Assembly (NCBI GenBank): GCA_034399535.1 | Contig: DASCSS010000010.1 | Coordinates: 2,096-66,095 of the forward strand | DNA length: 64,000 nt | Source: Candidatus Thalassarchaeaceae archaeon | Lineage (GTDB): Archaea > Thermoplasmatota > Poseidoniia > Poseidoniales > Thalassarchaeaceae | Direction: 5' to 3' | Part shown: positions 1 through 10,054 of the stretch, in pieces | Layout: each line of letters begins with the position of its first letter | Position numbering within the stretch: position 1 is the first letter of the stretch | The notes under the pieces: model-generated | What the model saw: the letters and a program-made list of their open reading frames with translations, nothing else | What the model was told of the DNA's origin: nothing | Databases searched by the model: none | Made by a program: the position numbers and the translations under genes

Positions 1-726
1 ACGAAGGAGGGGGACGAGTACGTGATCAACGGAAGCAAGATGTGGATCACTGGAGCCGGGTACGCAGATTGGTTCTTTGTACTAGGTTACACTGACCGCT
101 CTGCTGGATATAGGGGACTTAGTGGGTTCATCGTTGATGCCGACACACCTGGGGTGGAACTTGGGAAGAAAGAGGAGAACATGGGACAGAGGTGCTCTGA
201 CACCCGAGGCGTTACCTTCAACGACGCTAGGATTCCAGAGGAAAATCTAGTGGGCGGGGTTGAAGGAGGAGGCTGGATGAATGCAATGAAGGCCTTCGAT
301 CACTCTAGGCCGAGCGTGGCGTCACACGCGGTGGGAAACGCACAGGGGGCGATGGAGGAATCTTGGGCTTACGCAAAGGAGAGGTTCACCTTTGGGAAGC
401 CGATCTCCCAACACCAGTCGATATCATTCATGCTTGCAGACATGGCAACAAAGATTGAGGCTGCTAGACTTCTAACACTCAGCGCGGCCAGCGGTCTGGA
501 TAAGGGGGAGGGGGTCACACTGAGGGCAGCTCACGCGAAGAGATTCGCTGCCGACACATGTATGGAAGTAACCACAGACGCGGTACAGGTCCTAGGGGGA
601 TATGGGTACTCGGAAGAATACCCGCTTGCAAGAAGAATGAGGGGGGCGAAGATATACCAGATTTTCGAAGGTACGAGTCAGATCCAGAGGATGATAATCA
701 GTAGGGAGCTAGAGGGTTCCTTCTAG
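1..726 (+). CDS. Acyl-CoA dehydrogenase (5'-truncated at window edge)
   Basis: Frame is open from base 1; motifs [39 protein letters not shown] and [10 protein letters not shown] with the catalytic Glu. Confidence 0.93.
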   Translation, partial: TKEGDEYVINGSKMWITGAGYADWFFVLGYTDRSAGYRGLSGFIVDADTPGVELGKKEENMGQRCSDTRGVTFNDARIPEENLVGGVEGGGWMNAMKAFDHSRPSVASHAVGNAQGAMEESWAYAKERFTFGKPISQHQSISFMLADMATKIEAARLLTLSAASGLDKGEGVTLRAAHAKRFAADTCMEVTTDAVQVLGGYGYSEEYPLARRMRGAKIYQIFEGTSQIQRMIISRELEGSF

Positions 727-1544
727 TCGGCATTTCTTCGCTGGCGAAGAGCCTCTGCAGCCACCACTGCCATTGGTGCCTGAAGATTGTAAGAGGGCAC
801 GAACCCCGACATGGGGACTCGGATTACGGAGTCGGATTTCCCCAGTATCGAATCGGGAATGCCATCGCGCTCACCTCCTACGATCAAAAGAACGTCCCCT
901 GTCAGGACCTCCTCCCATGGCTCTATTTCACCACAGTCCTCTATAGAGACCACCCGGAATCCGGCTTCCTTGGCCCTACGGACGATGTCGTCCCCCTCCA
1001 CCCAGTGGACGGGCATGAATCGGTGGGCCTTCATCGAAGCACGCTTCGCAGCCTTCTTCTCTGTGTGACTAAGATCGCCATCGACGAAGACTGCGCTGGC
1101 CCCGCTGACCTCCGCAGTGCGGATGGTGAAACCTATGTTTACAGGGTAGCGGGCTCCAGCGAGAAGCCACGAAACACCTCCCGAGGCCAGAACATCATCT
1201 ACGCTTGCACTGGGATTCCGGCCGACCAAGGCCAATATTGGAGGTGGGGTCTGGTCTTCGTTAACGCGGGACATCCTCCACATGTCATTATTGGATGCCT
1301 CGAGAACAGGGATCCCCCTACTCTCGGCAGACTCCCGGAGGCGTACTGCTTCGGGGTCAAGGGAGTCCTTCAGGAATAGCACCAAGGAGACTTGCTCGTA
1401 GCCAAGGGCATGGGAAACTTCCTCCACCCCGCAGCGCTGCACATCTATTCCTCCACTGGGAGAAGGGCCTCGTTCCTTCTCATGAACAGATGAGGGGGGG
1501 TTGGATCGTCGTACACTGGCTCCTCGGAGTTCTCGGTCATCCAT
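723..1544 (-). CDS. TrmH/SpoU family RNA methyltransferase (start uncertain)
   Basis: SPOUT motifs [19 protein letters not shown] and [12 protein letters not shown]. Confidence 0.85.
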   Translation of the reverse strand: MDDRELRGASVRRSNPPSSVHEKERGPSPSGGIDVQRCGVEEVSHALGYEQVSLVLFLKDSLDPEAVRLRESAESRGIPVLEASNNDMWRMSRVNEDQTPPPILALVGRNPSASVDDVLASGGVSWLLAGARYPVNIGFTIRTAEVSGASAVFVDGDLSHTEKKAAKRASMKAHRFMPVHWVEGDDIVRRAKEAGFRVVSIEDCGEIEPWEEVLTGDVLLIVGGERDGIPDSILGKSDSVIRVPMSGFVPSYNLQAPMAVVAAEALRQRRNAD

Positions 1545-1599
1545 CTCAGGAGAGGGTGTGCGGCTTTGATTTTATGACATAGTACTCTGTGGGTCGTTC

Positions 1600-2151
1600 A
1601 TGGAAGTGACTAGGCAGCTAGTTCTAGCATTCACCTTCGTTTTCGGACCCTTGGTCCTAGCCTCCTACGTTTACGGTTTGTCTCATGCTGAGAGTCCCCA
1701 TGATCTATGGGGAGGGGTCCCCAAAGCATGGAGGGCATACATAGTCCCATTCATGTTCGTAGCTGCACTCGGTTTCCTGATGTACTGGTACATCGTTTTC
1801 TTCCAGTTAGACGATGCGACGATGGGTTCCCTGAGGTGGCCCTGGGGGGATTCCGATGGGAAAGGTGCGACTAGGCTACTACTGGCCTATGCGTTGATTC
1901 TGATTCCCTCGGCGCTCTGGATAGAGAGCACAATCCTTCACATGGAGAATGACTTTACTTGGACCAAGACACTGGTAATTGGTACGCTGTTGCTTACTTC
2001 GATCGGGAATGTAATGCTTGGACTACTGGCCTTTGGTGCCCACCAGGATGGAATAGATGGATCTGTACTGATGATGGTCGGAGCGATCATGTTGGCGATT
2101 CAATGTATTCTGAATGACTTTGTAATCTGGGTATACAAGTTTCCATGGTGA
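1600..2151 (+). CDS. Hypothetical integral membrane protein (~5 TM)
   Basis: 183-aa ORF with several hydrophobic helices that fills the gap between its neighbours. Confidence 0.7.
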   Translation: MEVTRQLVLAFTFVFGPLVLASYVYGLSHAESPHDLWGGVPKAWRAYIVPFMFVAALGFLMYWYIVFFQLDDATMGSLRWPWGDSDGKGATRLLLAYALILIPSALWIESTILHMENDFTWTKTLVIGTLLLTSIGNVMLGLLAFGAHQDGIDGSVLMMVGAIMLAIQCILNDFVIWVYKFPW

Positions 2152-2170
2152 TGAATGAGTTGTAACAGTC

Positions 2171-2177
2171 AATATAA
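2171..2177 (+). promoter_or_regulatory. Putative TATA box (AATATAA) for the symporter gene, probably leaderless
   Basis: AT-rich box ~25 nt upstream of the GTG at 2202, with no SD in between. Confidence 0.45.
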
Positions 2178-2201
2178 TGTCGTGCGCCCCTTGGCGCTGA
2201 C

Positions 2202-3833
2202 GTGTCGTCTGCTTGGATGATTGTCGGAGCATACGCCCTAGCCATGGTAGGATTCGCAGTTTGGGCTCGTCGAGATATTGGAAGAGAGGATGAGTCGTAT
2301 TACCTAGCCGGAAGGAGCCTCTCTGGGCCTGTCCTCCTAATCACGATGGCAGCTACGAACTTCAGTGCATTTACTGTCTACGGATCGAGTGGTGCTTCGT
2401 ACAAGATAGGTCTGTCATTCCTGCCGATAATGGCCTTCGGTACTGGTTTCATGGCAGTTTCGATGTACTTTCTGGGGAGGAAAGTGCGTTCCCGGTCAAT
2501 AGAGCACGGTGCAATGACTGCACCGGAGATGGTGAGGGGGCAAACGGGATCCAGGGGTGCGCAAGTCACCATGGCGACCGTGCTGATTCTGGCCACGATT
2601 CCTTATCTCGCACTACAACCTAGGGCAGCAGGAATTGTGGTCTCTGCACTCTTCGGGGGTGATGAGTGGATCGGAGCGGTTCTGGTTACGGCCCTAGTAG
2701 TCGCTTACACGCTCACTGGGGGCCTGAAAGCGGTTGTGAGGACGGACGCGGTGCAGGGTGCAATCGCATTGGGACTTCTGTGGCTCGGACTTGTAATGGT
2801 GATTAATGATGCTGGGGGGCTCGATGTCGCTATGGAAACAATCTCCTTGTCCGAGGAAAATTCGGGGCTACTGAGCAGGGAGGGGAACTACACACTTCTA
2901 ATTTGGACCAGTACAATGCTCCTTTGGCTATTCGCAGACCCCATGTTCCCCCAGCTATACCAGAGGCTGTGTGCCGCTGAGAGCGACTTGGCGATTGGGA
3001 GGATGGCGATCCTGTACCCGGCGGTTGCATGGTTGGCTTTCCTGCCTCCAATCTTGATCGGGACGATGGGTCACCTTAGTCACACTGGACTAGATAAGAC
3101 GGGATCGGACAACATTCTACCGACCATGATCATGGATGTCGGAGGTGAATGGCTAGGAGGACTCGTTCTAGTTGCGGGTCTTGCGGCATTGATGTCCACA
3201 ATGGATTCGCAGCTACTTGCAACGGGTTCCCTGGTTACTAGAGACCTGGTGCCTAAAGAAGCTCAAGGTAATTGGGGCAGGGAGTCAGTGATCGTCGCTC
3301 TGGCACTGCTTGGACTGATGCTTTCTCTTTGGTCGGATCTCTCGATACTAAACTTGGGGCTTCTTGCCTTCTCGATGTACGCGGTGATGTTCCCCTCCGT
3401 GTTTGCTGCAGCGCATTTCGACAGCATTGACGGGCGGGCGGTGATTGCCTCAATCGTTGCAGGGGAGGCAGTGGTGTTACTGGCCATATTCTCCCCCGAA
3501 TCATTCGACGGGTGGTGGGTGCAGCCTGTGAAGGGTGCGATGCCTACGGCAGTAATACCCTCAATTGTGGCTGCATTGGTTGCTTTGTTGTCAGCACAAT
3601 TTGCCTGCTCGAGAGAGGTGTCGATTGGTCAGTGGGATGGAATTGGTTACAGAGAAATTGTGCCCATGATCGGACTTGTGGCTGTGTTTGTTCTCGCTCA
3701 GGACTTTTGGTGGTGGAAGGAGGGTGAAGTGTGGGCATTTGGTCTGCCGATTTGGGTTTGGTGGGCTGCTGCATTATCAGTGGTGCAGACCTTGATTATG
3801 AGAAAGATGGTTGAGAACCTGGCGGCCCGTTAG
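2202..3833 (+). CDS. Sodium:solute symporter (SSS; PanF/PutP/MctP-like) with a C-terminal Trp-rich small-subunit-like extension
   Basis: YYLAGRSL, ATNFSAFT, YTLTGGLKAVVRTDAVQG, AALMSTMDSQLL; ~13-15 TM helices. Confidence 0.9.
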   Translation: MSSAWMIVGAYALAMVGFAVWARRDIGREDESYYLAGRSLSGPVLLITMAATNFSAFTVYGSSGASYKIGLSFLPIMAFGTGFMAVSMYFLGRKVRSRSIEHGAMTAPEMVRGQTGSRGAQVTMATVLILATIPYLALQPRAAGIVVSALFGGDEWIGAVLVTALVVAYTLTGGLKAVVRTDAVQGAIALGLLWLGLVMVINDAGGLDVAMETISLSEENSGLLSREGNYTLLIWTSTMLLWLFADPMFPQLYQRLCAAESDLAIGRMAILYPAVAWLAFLPPILIGTMGHLSHTGLDKTGSDNILPTMIMDVGGEWLGGLVLVAGLAALMSTMDSQLLATGSLVTRDLVPKEAQGNWGRESVIVALALLGLMLSLWSDLSILNLGLLAFSMYAVMFPSVFAAAHFDSIDGRAVIASIVAGEAVVLLAIFSPESFDGWWVQPVKGAMPTAVIPSIVAALVALLSAQFACSREVSIGQWDGIGYREIVPMIGLVAVFVLAQDFWWWKEGEVWAFGLPIWVWWAAALSVVQTLIMRKMVENLAAR

Positions 3834-3863
3834 AGTCAAGTTCAGGACTGCTCTGAACGATTC

Positions 3864-4070
3864 ATGGGATTTGGGCGGGCAGTGCTTTTTGCCTTGCTGG
3901 CTACCGTGCCGGGAGTGATACTTGCCCTAGTCGGATGGGCAGTCAGTGGGAGTCCGGAAGAGTGGAACCACACTATGTGGCTGAGCTGCTATGCGCCATT
4001 CTTCGGATGCGTGATTGCCGGATTCATGATTGGTTTGAGAGGAGGGGGGGAATATGGGATGGAGGGCTGA
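3864..4070 (+). CDS. Small 2-TM hypothetical membrane protein
   Basis: 68 aa with two hydrophobic helices; sits between the SSS gene and nth. Confidence 0.6.
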   Translation: MGFGRAVLFALLATVPGVILALVGWAVSGSPEEWNHTMWLSCYAPFFGCVIAGFMIGLRGGGEYGMEG

Positions 4071-4072
4071 GA

Positions 4073-4720
4073 TTGCGTCGGGCCGATAAGGCAGATAGGA
4101 TCGGCAAGAAGTTGGACGAGCTCTATCCGGAGACTCCCATTCCACTAAACCACTCCGACCCCTATTCTCTCCTTGTAGCAGTAATGCTATCTGCCCAGAC
4201 CACAGACAAAAAGGTCAACGAGGTCACTCCGAGATTGTTTGAGATTGCGGGTAATCCGGAGGAAATGGCCGCCCTGCATGCTGACGAGATTCACGAGATA
4301 ATCAGGGAGATCGGGCTGGCTCCGACGAAGGCCGGGAACCTCAAGAAGATGGCTGAGCAGATTATCGAAGACGGAAGTGGGATTCGTCCGGACTGGGATT
4401 TCCTGGAGTCGCTGGCCGGAGTGGGTCACAAGACAGCAAGTGTGGTGATGAGCCAGGCCTTCGGAATTCCTGCTTTCCCGGTTGATACTCACATACACAG
4501 GCTGGCAGCCAGATGGGGCTTATCGGATGGGAGGAACGTGACCAAGACTGAGAGAGACCTGAAAGCAGTCTTCCCGGAAGATTCCTGGAACAGGAGGCAT
4601 TTGCAGATCATCTACTTCGGAAGGGAGCACTGTCCGGCTCTAAGGCACGACCTGCGGGGGTGTCCGATTTGCTCCTGGGCATCGACAAAGAAGAGGATTA
4701 GGGAGGAGATGGGTGTTTGA
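4073..4720 (+). CDS. nth: Endonuclease III (HhH-GPD DNA glycosylase); likely TTG start at 4073
   Basis: LLVAVMLSAQTTDKKVNEVTP, HhH motif LAGVGHKTASVV, FPVDTHIHR. Confidence 0.92.
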   Translation: MRRADKADRIGKKLDELYPETPIPLNHSDPYSLLVAVMLSAQTTDKKVNEVTPRLFEIAGNPEEMAALHADEIHEIIREIGLAPTKAGNLKKMAEQIIEDGSGIRPDWDFLESLAGVGHKTASVVMSQAFGIPAFPVDTHIHRLAARWGLSDGRNVTKTERDLKAVFPEDSWNRRHLQIIYFGREHCPALRHDLRGCPICSWASTKKRIREEMGV

Positions 4721-5285
4721 AATGGACGTCTTCGTGGGGAGGATCACATCTACCGGTTTCTCTAGTGGAGATAGGATCGTAATCGGCGACTGGAAAGAGT
4801 CCCCTCTGGGCGGTTTCACGAATATTATGTGGGCCAAACATGACGGGACCAGAGTTCTTCTTTCTCCTTCGAAGAAGCATGCCGATTACGTTTCTGGACT
4901 ATACAGCTTCGAAGAGGTGCGCATTACCGAAATCGATGTGCTGAGATCGAAGGGGGAGGTTTCGGTGAAGGGAGGAGGCCTATCTGTTCGGATTTCGTGG
5001 GGAAGTGCCGTCCCCCTTCCCTTCTGGAGGCCACTATGGTTCGTTGCCAGTGTGGAGGCTGTCCTCGGAAGAGCAATCTTTGGTACCAAGACCTACGGTA
5101 GGACGAGGGATGATAGGAGGGGATGGTACTCCGTAAGGTCGATATCAAGGGTCCTGGAAGCCGAGGGCGACATCAATGGCAAGAAGCTCGGACAGAAGGA
5201 GAGGTTCCACACTACTGCATGCTTCGGTTTCAGTGAGCCACCCCCAATGCCAACATCTGTTACTCTGAAATCCTACATCCAGTAA
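4713..5285 (+). CDS. Conserved hypothetical protein
   Basis: 190-aa ORF overlapping the nth stop; N-terminal GDRIVIGDW.ESPLGGF.NIMWA looks like a conserved family motif. Confidence 0.65.
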   Translation: MFEMDVFVGRITSTGFSSGDRIVIGDWKESPLGGFTNIMWAKHDGTRVLLSPSKKHADYVSGLYSFEEVRITEIDVLRSKGEVSVKGGGLSVRISWGSAVPLPFWRPLWFVASVEAVLGRAIFGTKTYGRTRDDRRGWYSVRSISRVLEAEGDINGKKLGQKERFHTTACFGFSEPPPMPTSVTLKSYIQ

Positions 5286-5322
5286 TGGTAGTCTTCATGA
5301 GTTAGGGTCGATACGAGGTTGC

Positions 5323-5799
5323 ATGACAACTGTGAAGCTTTCAATTGGGGACAGAGCTCCTGACTTCTATATGCCGATAACGGATGGTTCAACCGTCAAA
5401 CTCTCAGAAATCCTCTCTTCAGGGGAGAAGGTGATTCTGTACTTCTACCCCAGAGATAACACTCCTGGATGCACCACTCAGGCTTGCGACTTCAGGGATA
5501 ACTTCAGCAGATTGGCCGAGAGTGGTTGGCGTGTTCTGGGAGTTTCCACGGACAGTGCAAAATCCCATCAGAAGTTCATCGACAAGCATGAGTTGCCGTT
5601 CGATCTTATCGTGGACGAAGGGTCATCGCTCCACGAGGCCTATGGAACTTGGAGGGAGAAGAACATGTACGGCAAGACGTACATGGGAACCCTAAGGTCC
5701 ACTTTCGCAATCGGCTCCGACGGGACTATCGTCTGGGTGGGTTACGGTGTGAAGACAAAGGGTCACGTGGAATCACTAATGGAGTCGTTGAATGTCTAG
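5323..5799 (+). CDS. bcp: Peroxiredoxin BCP/PrxQ
   Basis: YFYPRDNTPGCTTQAC (peroxidatic Cys plus CxxxxC resolving Cys), GVSTDS, RSTF. Confidence 0.93.
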   Translation: MTTVKLSIGDRAPDFYMPITDGSTVKLSEILSSGEKVILYFYPRDNTPGCTTQACDFRDNFSRLAESGWRVLGVSTDSAKSHQKFIDKHELPFDLIVDEGSSLHEAYGTWREKNMYGKTYMGTLRSTFAIGSDGTIVWVGYGVKTKGHVESLMESLNV

Positions 5800-6007
5800 T
5801 GAAAGTGTCTTGGAAGAAAGAAGGCGACTAGTCATTGGCTTCCTGCGACGCTGTGTGAGATACGCCAATGATTCGATCGAAAGGAAGAGGGAGCGAGGTG
5901 ATGACGAGGGGGACATAGCCAAGTGGCTAGCCTACAGGGACTTCACGGATCACGCGATCATGGAGGTCTCCAACGGGGACCTCGACTCGTGGCTAGAGGA
6001 CGAGTGA
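5792..6007 (+). CDS. Small helical hypothetical protein
   Basis: 71 aa, overlaps the bcp stop; amphipathic helical pattern. Confidence 0.6.
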   Translation: MSSESVLEERRRLVIGFLRRCVRYANDSIERKRERGDDEGDIAKWLAYRDFTDHAIMEVSNGDLDSWLEDE

Positions 6008-6052
6008 ACCGTTGGACTGACTAGATCCCGCTTAGTCGATATTTCGCAATTT

Positions 6053-6538
6053 CTAGTCGCCTATTGCTCGGTCCAATGCAGGAGAGCCCAGTCTGTGCTT
6101 GTGTGTGTCGACTCTCATCATTGCCCCTGCGATCATCAGCAAGGTGTCAGACTCATTTAGTGCGAAAACTGGCAATCTCATCCGCTCTCCTAGCCCCTCT
6201 ACGCGCCTAGAGCAAACAGACTGTTGACTAGGCATGTGATTGAGAGAATTCAGATCGACGATTACCATGTCTCCCATCGAGAGGTTCTGCTCTGTGCCAT
6301 CGAGAGGGAGTCGGTGGAGATCGTCCGGTTCGAGATAGATAACTCGCCTACTTGGCCTCTCGGACATTCTCGATGTTCTCTCTGCCCACCTCGGTTCGCC
6401 TAAATCGTGGAACCGATTCCCGGCGCTGGGCCCAGGATCGACTGCCACCTTGCTTCTGCCCGCCCTCGTCTTGGGTGCGGCGTTCGGGTTGGGCAGACCA
6501 AGGAGCCGGAATAGATTGACCACGTCGGGCCCGAGCAC
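6053..6538 (-). CDS. Divergent archaeal SepF-like protein
   Basis: Amphipathic N-terminus (VVNLFRLLGL), disordered linker, and core LSMGDMVIVDLNSL...LLMIAG resembling archaeal SepF (L..GNIVIVDL..L). Confidence 0.55.
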   Translation of the reverse strand: MLGPDVVNLFRLLGLPNPNAAPKTRAGRSKVAVDPGPSAGNRFHDLGEPRWAERTSRMSERPSRRVIYLEPDDLHRLPLDGTEQNLSMGDMVIVDLNSLNHMPSQQSVCSRRVEGLGERMRLPVFALNESDTLLMIAGAMMRVDTHKHRLGSPALDRAIGD

Positions 6539-9500
6539 TACTCCTCAAAGAGGGCTTCGATATCATCCAAGTCCAAGACGCCCTTTTCGACGGGTTCTGA
6601 AGAATCCGAGGATGGTACATGATCACTGGGTCCGCTGGAGGGCCTGCTACCTGTGAGCTCCGCCAATACATCATCAAGGCCATCGATGATATGCCTGGGC
6701 AACTTGGTTTCGGGTGTTTCTTCGGCGGGCGGTCGGATAGCGGCTTGGAGTTGGTGCCTCTCCTCGGAGGGGCCATCGAAGGCGTCATCGAAATCCAAGG
6801 GCTCCTCTTCCTTTGGTGGTTCTTTCCCCTTTGTTTGAGTTGTTCTAAGTACTAGGAAAACCGTACCGGCGATCCCCAATAATCCTATGATTACAAACAG
6901 AAGATTTGACTTCAATGATTCTGAAAGACTGAATGGTGCCTCTGCGACATGGATATCCATTGTTACGGAGTGGCTGGAACTCTCGTCGAGTACAGTGAGC
7001 TTGGCTTGCTTAGGCCCCTCGGAATCATAGGAAAACTCAATCCACCTCCCCGTATAATCTTCATCATTGGAGGGGTTTCCGTCTCCATCCGAGTCTTTTG
7101 TGATATCGATATCCCAGATGAACTGAAGCGAATCCATGTCAATCTGTGAATCGATTGTGCCATTAGCGGAAAGAACGATTTTGTCCCCCTCAGTGGGATT
7201 TACCACACTTGCTGATGCCATTGCAGCGGGTGGTGAGTTGATAACTTCGATTGGGATTTCCAAGTAATCCGAGTCGCCATCATCATCGGTAACATGGAAG
7301 ACAATGTGATTTGGGGCTGTCAAAGCATTGGGCCATGAGTGGACTAGGGTTCGGGAGGGGAAATCGCAGTCGTTATCTCCCAAACCGTCGGAGTCGGAGT
7401 CTTCCGATGGATCCAAATCGAAACAGTAGGATAGGGTGGGCAAGTCGTTGCTAGTATCGGAGACAATGACCTCGATGGTGATTTCTTCATCCTCCTCAAG
7501 CGTCTGAAGGTTTGAAATGGGGGAAATCGATGGTGGCAGATTGTTGACCTGGATTGGCACGATTAGGGCATCGGCCTGGGCCCCGTTGTCATCCGAAACC
7601 TGTAGAGTTGCTAGGTGCATCCCAGATGTGTTGAATCCATGGTCAAACACCGTGCTTATCCTCCCAACACTAGTGAAATTTAGTTCTGGATAGTACTCGG
7701 CATCTGGCCGCCATACATGGATGAGGGAATCCAAATCATTGCTAGAGTCTTCTGCTTGGCCCCAAAAAGAAATCTCCTCTCCCTCATCGACCACGAAAAC
7801 CCCCCTACTGTCAGGAAAAATTCTGGATTCGTCGATATACAGCTCTGCAATAGGGTTGCTCGGGGCTATGTTGGTCACGTTTACCACATACGTTGCTTGA
7901 GTGGTGGCGCCATCATCGTCCGTGGCTAGAATCTCAATTGCATACGCCCCTTCCACCATTGGAGTGACGGTGCAAGACTGACCCACCCTTCCCTCCTGGC
8001 AATCGGGGCCCCAGAGTAGCTCAACTGGTGCTGAAGGGTTCTGGGAGTCAATGTCGCTGCTTTCCACAACTTGGAAGGTAATAGGGTGTGTGACTACGAC
8101 CTCATCACTTTCTGCTCCGATTAGTATCTCAGGTGGGCGGTTGTGAACTGTGATTGACAGTTGCTCTTGGTCAATGTCATTCTCTTCGTCCGACACTATC
8201 AGGAAAACGTCGTACTCCCCTTCATCATCCCAACTCCACTCAAAAATGCAGTCTTGCTCGACTGATTCCAGTATGCTACCATCCACTTTCTCAACCCTGA
8301 AATTGCATACCAGGCCCCCTCCATCGGGATCAGATGAGAGGGTCCCATCAAAAGAGACTGGGTCCATGGTCGGGGTCTCGTTGATAGAGGAGAGTGAAGC
8401 AATAGGAATAGCACCGATGTACAGTAAGAATGAGCCGTGGTTGTTTGTGCGATTTCCGTCTTCGCTAATCTCCTCGTTTGGGTCTACGGAGAAATCGAAG
8501 TATACGTTACCATATGCCTGGGACGAAGGTACGGTCCAGTTTAGTTCGACCCTTGACTCCTGGAGGCTGGAAAGAGGAGGCACGATTCCGTTGACTGAAG
8601 TGCCATCTGGTGCAAGGATTGCCAATACGGAGGACGGGGACGAAATCAGCCCTCTGTTCAAAACGGGTATGGAGAAGGTCAGAGTATCCCCCTCAATCGC
8701 AGTGAACCCGATGCTGGGGTCTAATGTGATAGAGCCCCCAGTTGAGTATCTGTGCCTTTGTACGGTCACTCCCTCAGACCTAGCAACCAGATCTATCTCG
8801 TGAATATTGGAGTCGATTACCAAAGATCTGGCACCAATGACATCATCGGATCCGATCCATGCAATTAGGCCATGACTGCCCAGTTCCCCAGGTCCAACAG
8901 TGCTGTCGGCATTGTCTCCGGAATTGAAGATAAGGTGGTAGGAACCATTCGCATCAGTAGTTACGTTCTGGAATAGCTGTTCGGACTCGTACCTGAACTG
9001 TAGGTCCTGAGCGCCGACGGGCTGACCTTGGTTCGAAACATTGACCCACGCAGAGATATCTATGCCAATTGGTGACAAGGGGTACTCGATGTCGATCGAT
9101 ATCGATTTCCCCCTCTGAACGGGCTGGTAAGATGTGAGTTCGTGGACGGCCAGAAAGCCGAAACTCTGCACTACTGAGCTCTTAACTTCCCCTCGGATTG
9201 CGGGGCAGTACCAATTGTATCCCGCCTCATCACCATCCGAGTCGTAGTTGGTGACATTGTACGACTGATAGCATCCAGGGTAGGAGACTCCGGAGTTGCC
9301 TTGGCTGACGACAGCCCAGCTAGTCGTGTTCGAATCGCTAGTATCGTCGGGAATGTCAACATAATTGCTTGATCCACTGTAATCTGTATCCTGTTGGAAG
9401 TCCATTTCCCATGACTCCCCCACTCCCAACGGGAAATCGTAATTCTCCAGGGGTGGGTCATACGAGTTGTCTACGTTCAGAAGCCCGATGGTTTGTCTGA

Positions 9501-10011
9501 AAGACGACCAGCAGCTGCCGAATATTACCGGATCGAAGTAGACGTTGATTGCTGCATCCTGCGAGTGCGTGGCCATGTCAGAAGCCCGGATGATTTCCGT
9601 GGTCTCCATGTCCACATAGAGACACCCACTGGTACCGTCAATGCTGATGACTCCGTTGGATTCGTATGATCCTACCGATAGTACCTCATAGACCAGAGCC
9701 GAGTTGCCATCGATTTCGGCGAGATAGATGTCCGCGACCGTACGGTCCAAGGTCCCCTCCAAAGTCTCAACATTAGATTGGACCCCAGATTCGGCAACGA
9801 AATCTGCGACGTCCAGATACCCGTCATACATCCAATTATCATTTATCCGCCAATCGGCAACATCCACAGTGCTAGTCGTCCTGCCGGATACCCAGATCAC
9901 TTCGTCTCTCTGAAGCTCAGTATCCTGATTGTTAAGGCCTAACCACGCAAATGAGATTGATGATATGACCATCACTGCAACCAGAAGAGTGGCCGTGCAC
10001 CTCGTCCTCAT
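6538..10011 (-). CDS. Large membrane-anchored surface protein with CARDB and multiple PKD/Ig-like domains
   Basis: N-terminal signal/TM; CARDB-like (VDPNEEISEDGNRTNN); PKD repeats (FDGTLSSDPDG, TDDDGA, FIWD); Ca-binding DSDGDG motifs; C-terminal TM and acidic tail. Confidence 0.85.
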   Translation of the reverse strand: MRTRCTATLLVAVMVISSISFAWLGLNNQDTELQRDEVIWVSGRTTSTVDVADWRINDNWMYDGYLDVADFVAESGVQSNVETLEGTLDRTVADIYLAEIDGNSALVYEVLSVGSYESNGVISIDGTSGCLYVDMETTEIIRASDMATHSQDAAINVYFDPVIFGSCWSSFRQTIGLLNVDNSYDPPLENYDFPLGVGESWEMDFQQDTDYSGSSNYVDIPDDTSDSNTTSWAVVSQGNSGVSYPGCYQSYNVTNYDSDGDEAGYNWYCPAIRGEVKSSVVQSFGFLAVHELTSYQPVQRGKSISIDIEYPLSPIGIDISAWVNVSNQGQPVGAQDLQFRYESEQLFQNVTTDANGSYHLIFNSGDNADSTVGPGELGSHGLIAWIGSDDVIGARSLVIDSNIHEIDLVARSEGVTVQRHRYSTGGSITLDPSIGFTAIEGDTLTFSIPVLNRGLISSPSSVLAILAPDGTSVNGIVPPLSSLQESRVELNWTVPSSQAYGNVYFDFSVDPNEEISEDGNRTNNHGSFLLYIGAIPIASLSSINETPTMDPVSFDGTLSSDPDGGGLVCNFRVEKVDGSILESVEQDCIFEWSWDDEGEYDVFLIVSDEENDIDQEQLSITVHNRPPEILIGAESDEVVVTHPITFQVVESSDIDSQNPSAPVELLWGPDCQEGRVGQSCTVTPMVEGAYAIEILATDDDGATTQATYVVNVTNIAPSNPIAELYIDESRIFPDSRGVFVVDEGEEISFWGQAEDSSNDLDSLIHVWRPDAEYYPELNFTSVGRISTVFDHGFNTSGMHLATLQVSDDNGAQADALIVPIQVNNLPPSISPISNLQTLEEDEEITIEVIVSDTSNDLPTLSYCFDLDPSEDSDSDGLGDNDCDFPSRTLVHSWPNALTAPNHIVFHVTDDDGDSDYLEIPIEVINSPPAAMASASVVNPTEGDKIVLSANGTIDSQIDMDSLQFIWDIDITKDSDGDGNPSNDEDYTGRWIEFSYDSEGPKQAKLTVLDESSSHSVTMDIHVAEAPFSLSESLKSNLLFVIIGLLGIAGTVFLVLRTTQTKGKEPPKEEEPLDFDDAFDGPSEERHQLQAAIRPPAEETPETKLPRHIIDGLDDVLAELTGSRPSSGPSDHVPSSDSSEPVEKGVLDLDDIEALFEE

Positions 10012-10054
10012 CGGCCATCATGGGGGCCAGCCCAATAATAGTGATTCGCACGGG

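Noticed and set aside
3935..4072. Long N-terminus of nth overlapping the small membrane gene
   Set aside because: Nth homology begins near TTG 4073, just after a GGAGG
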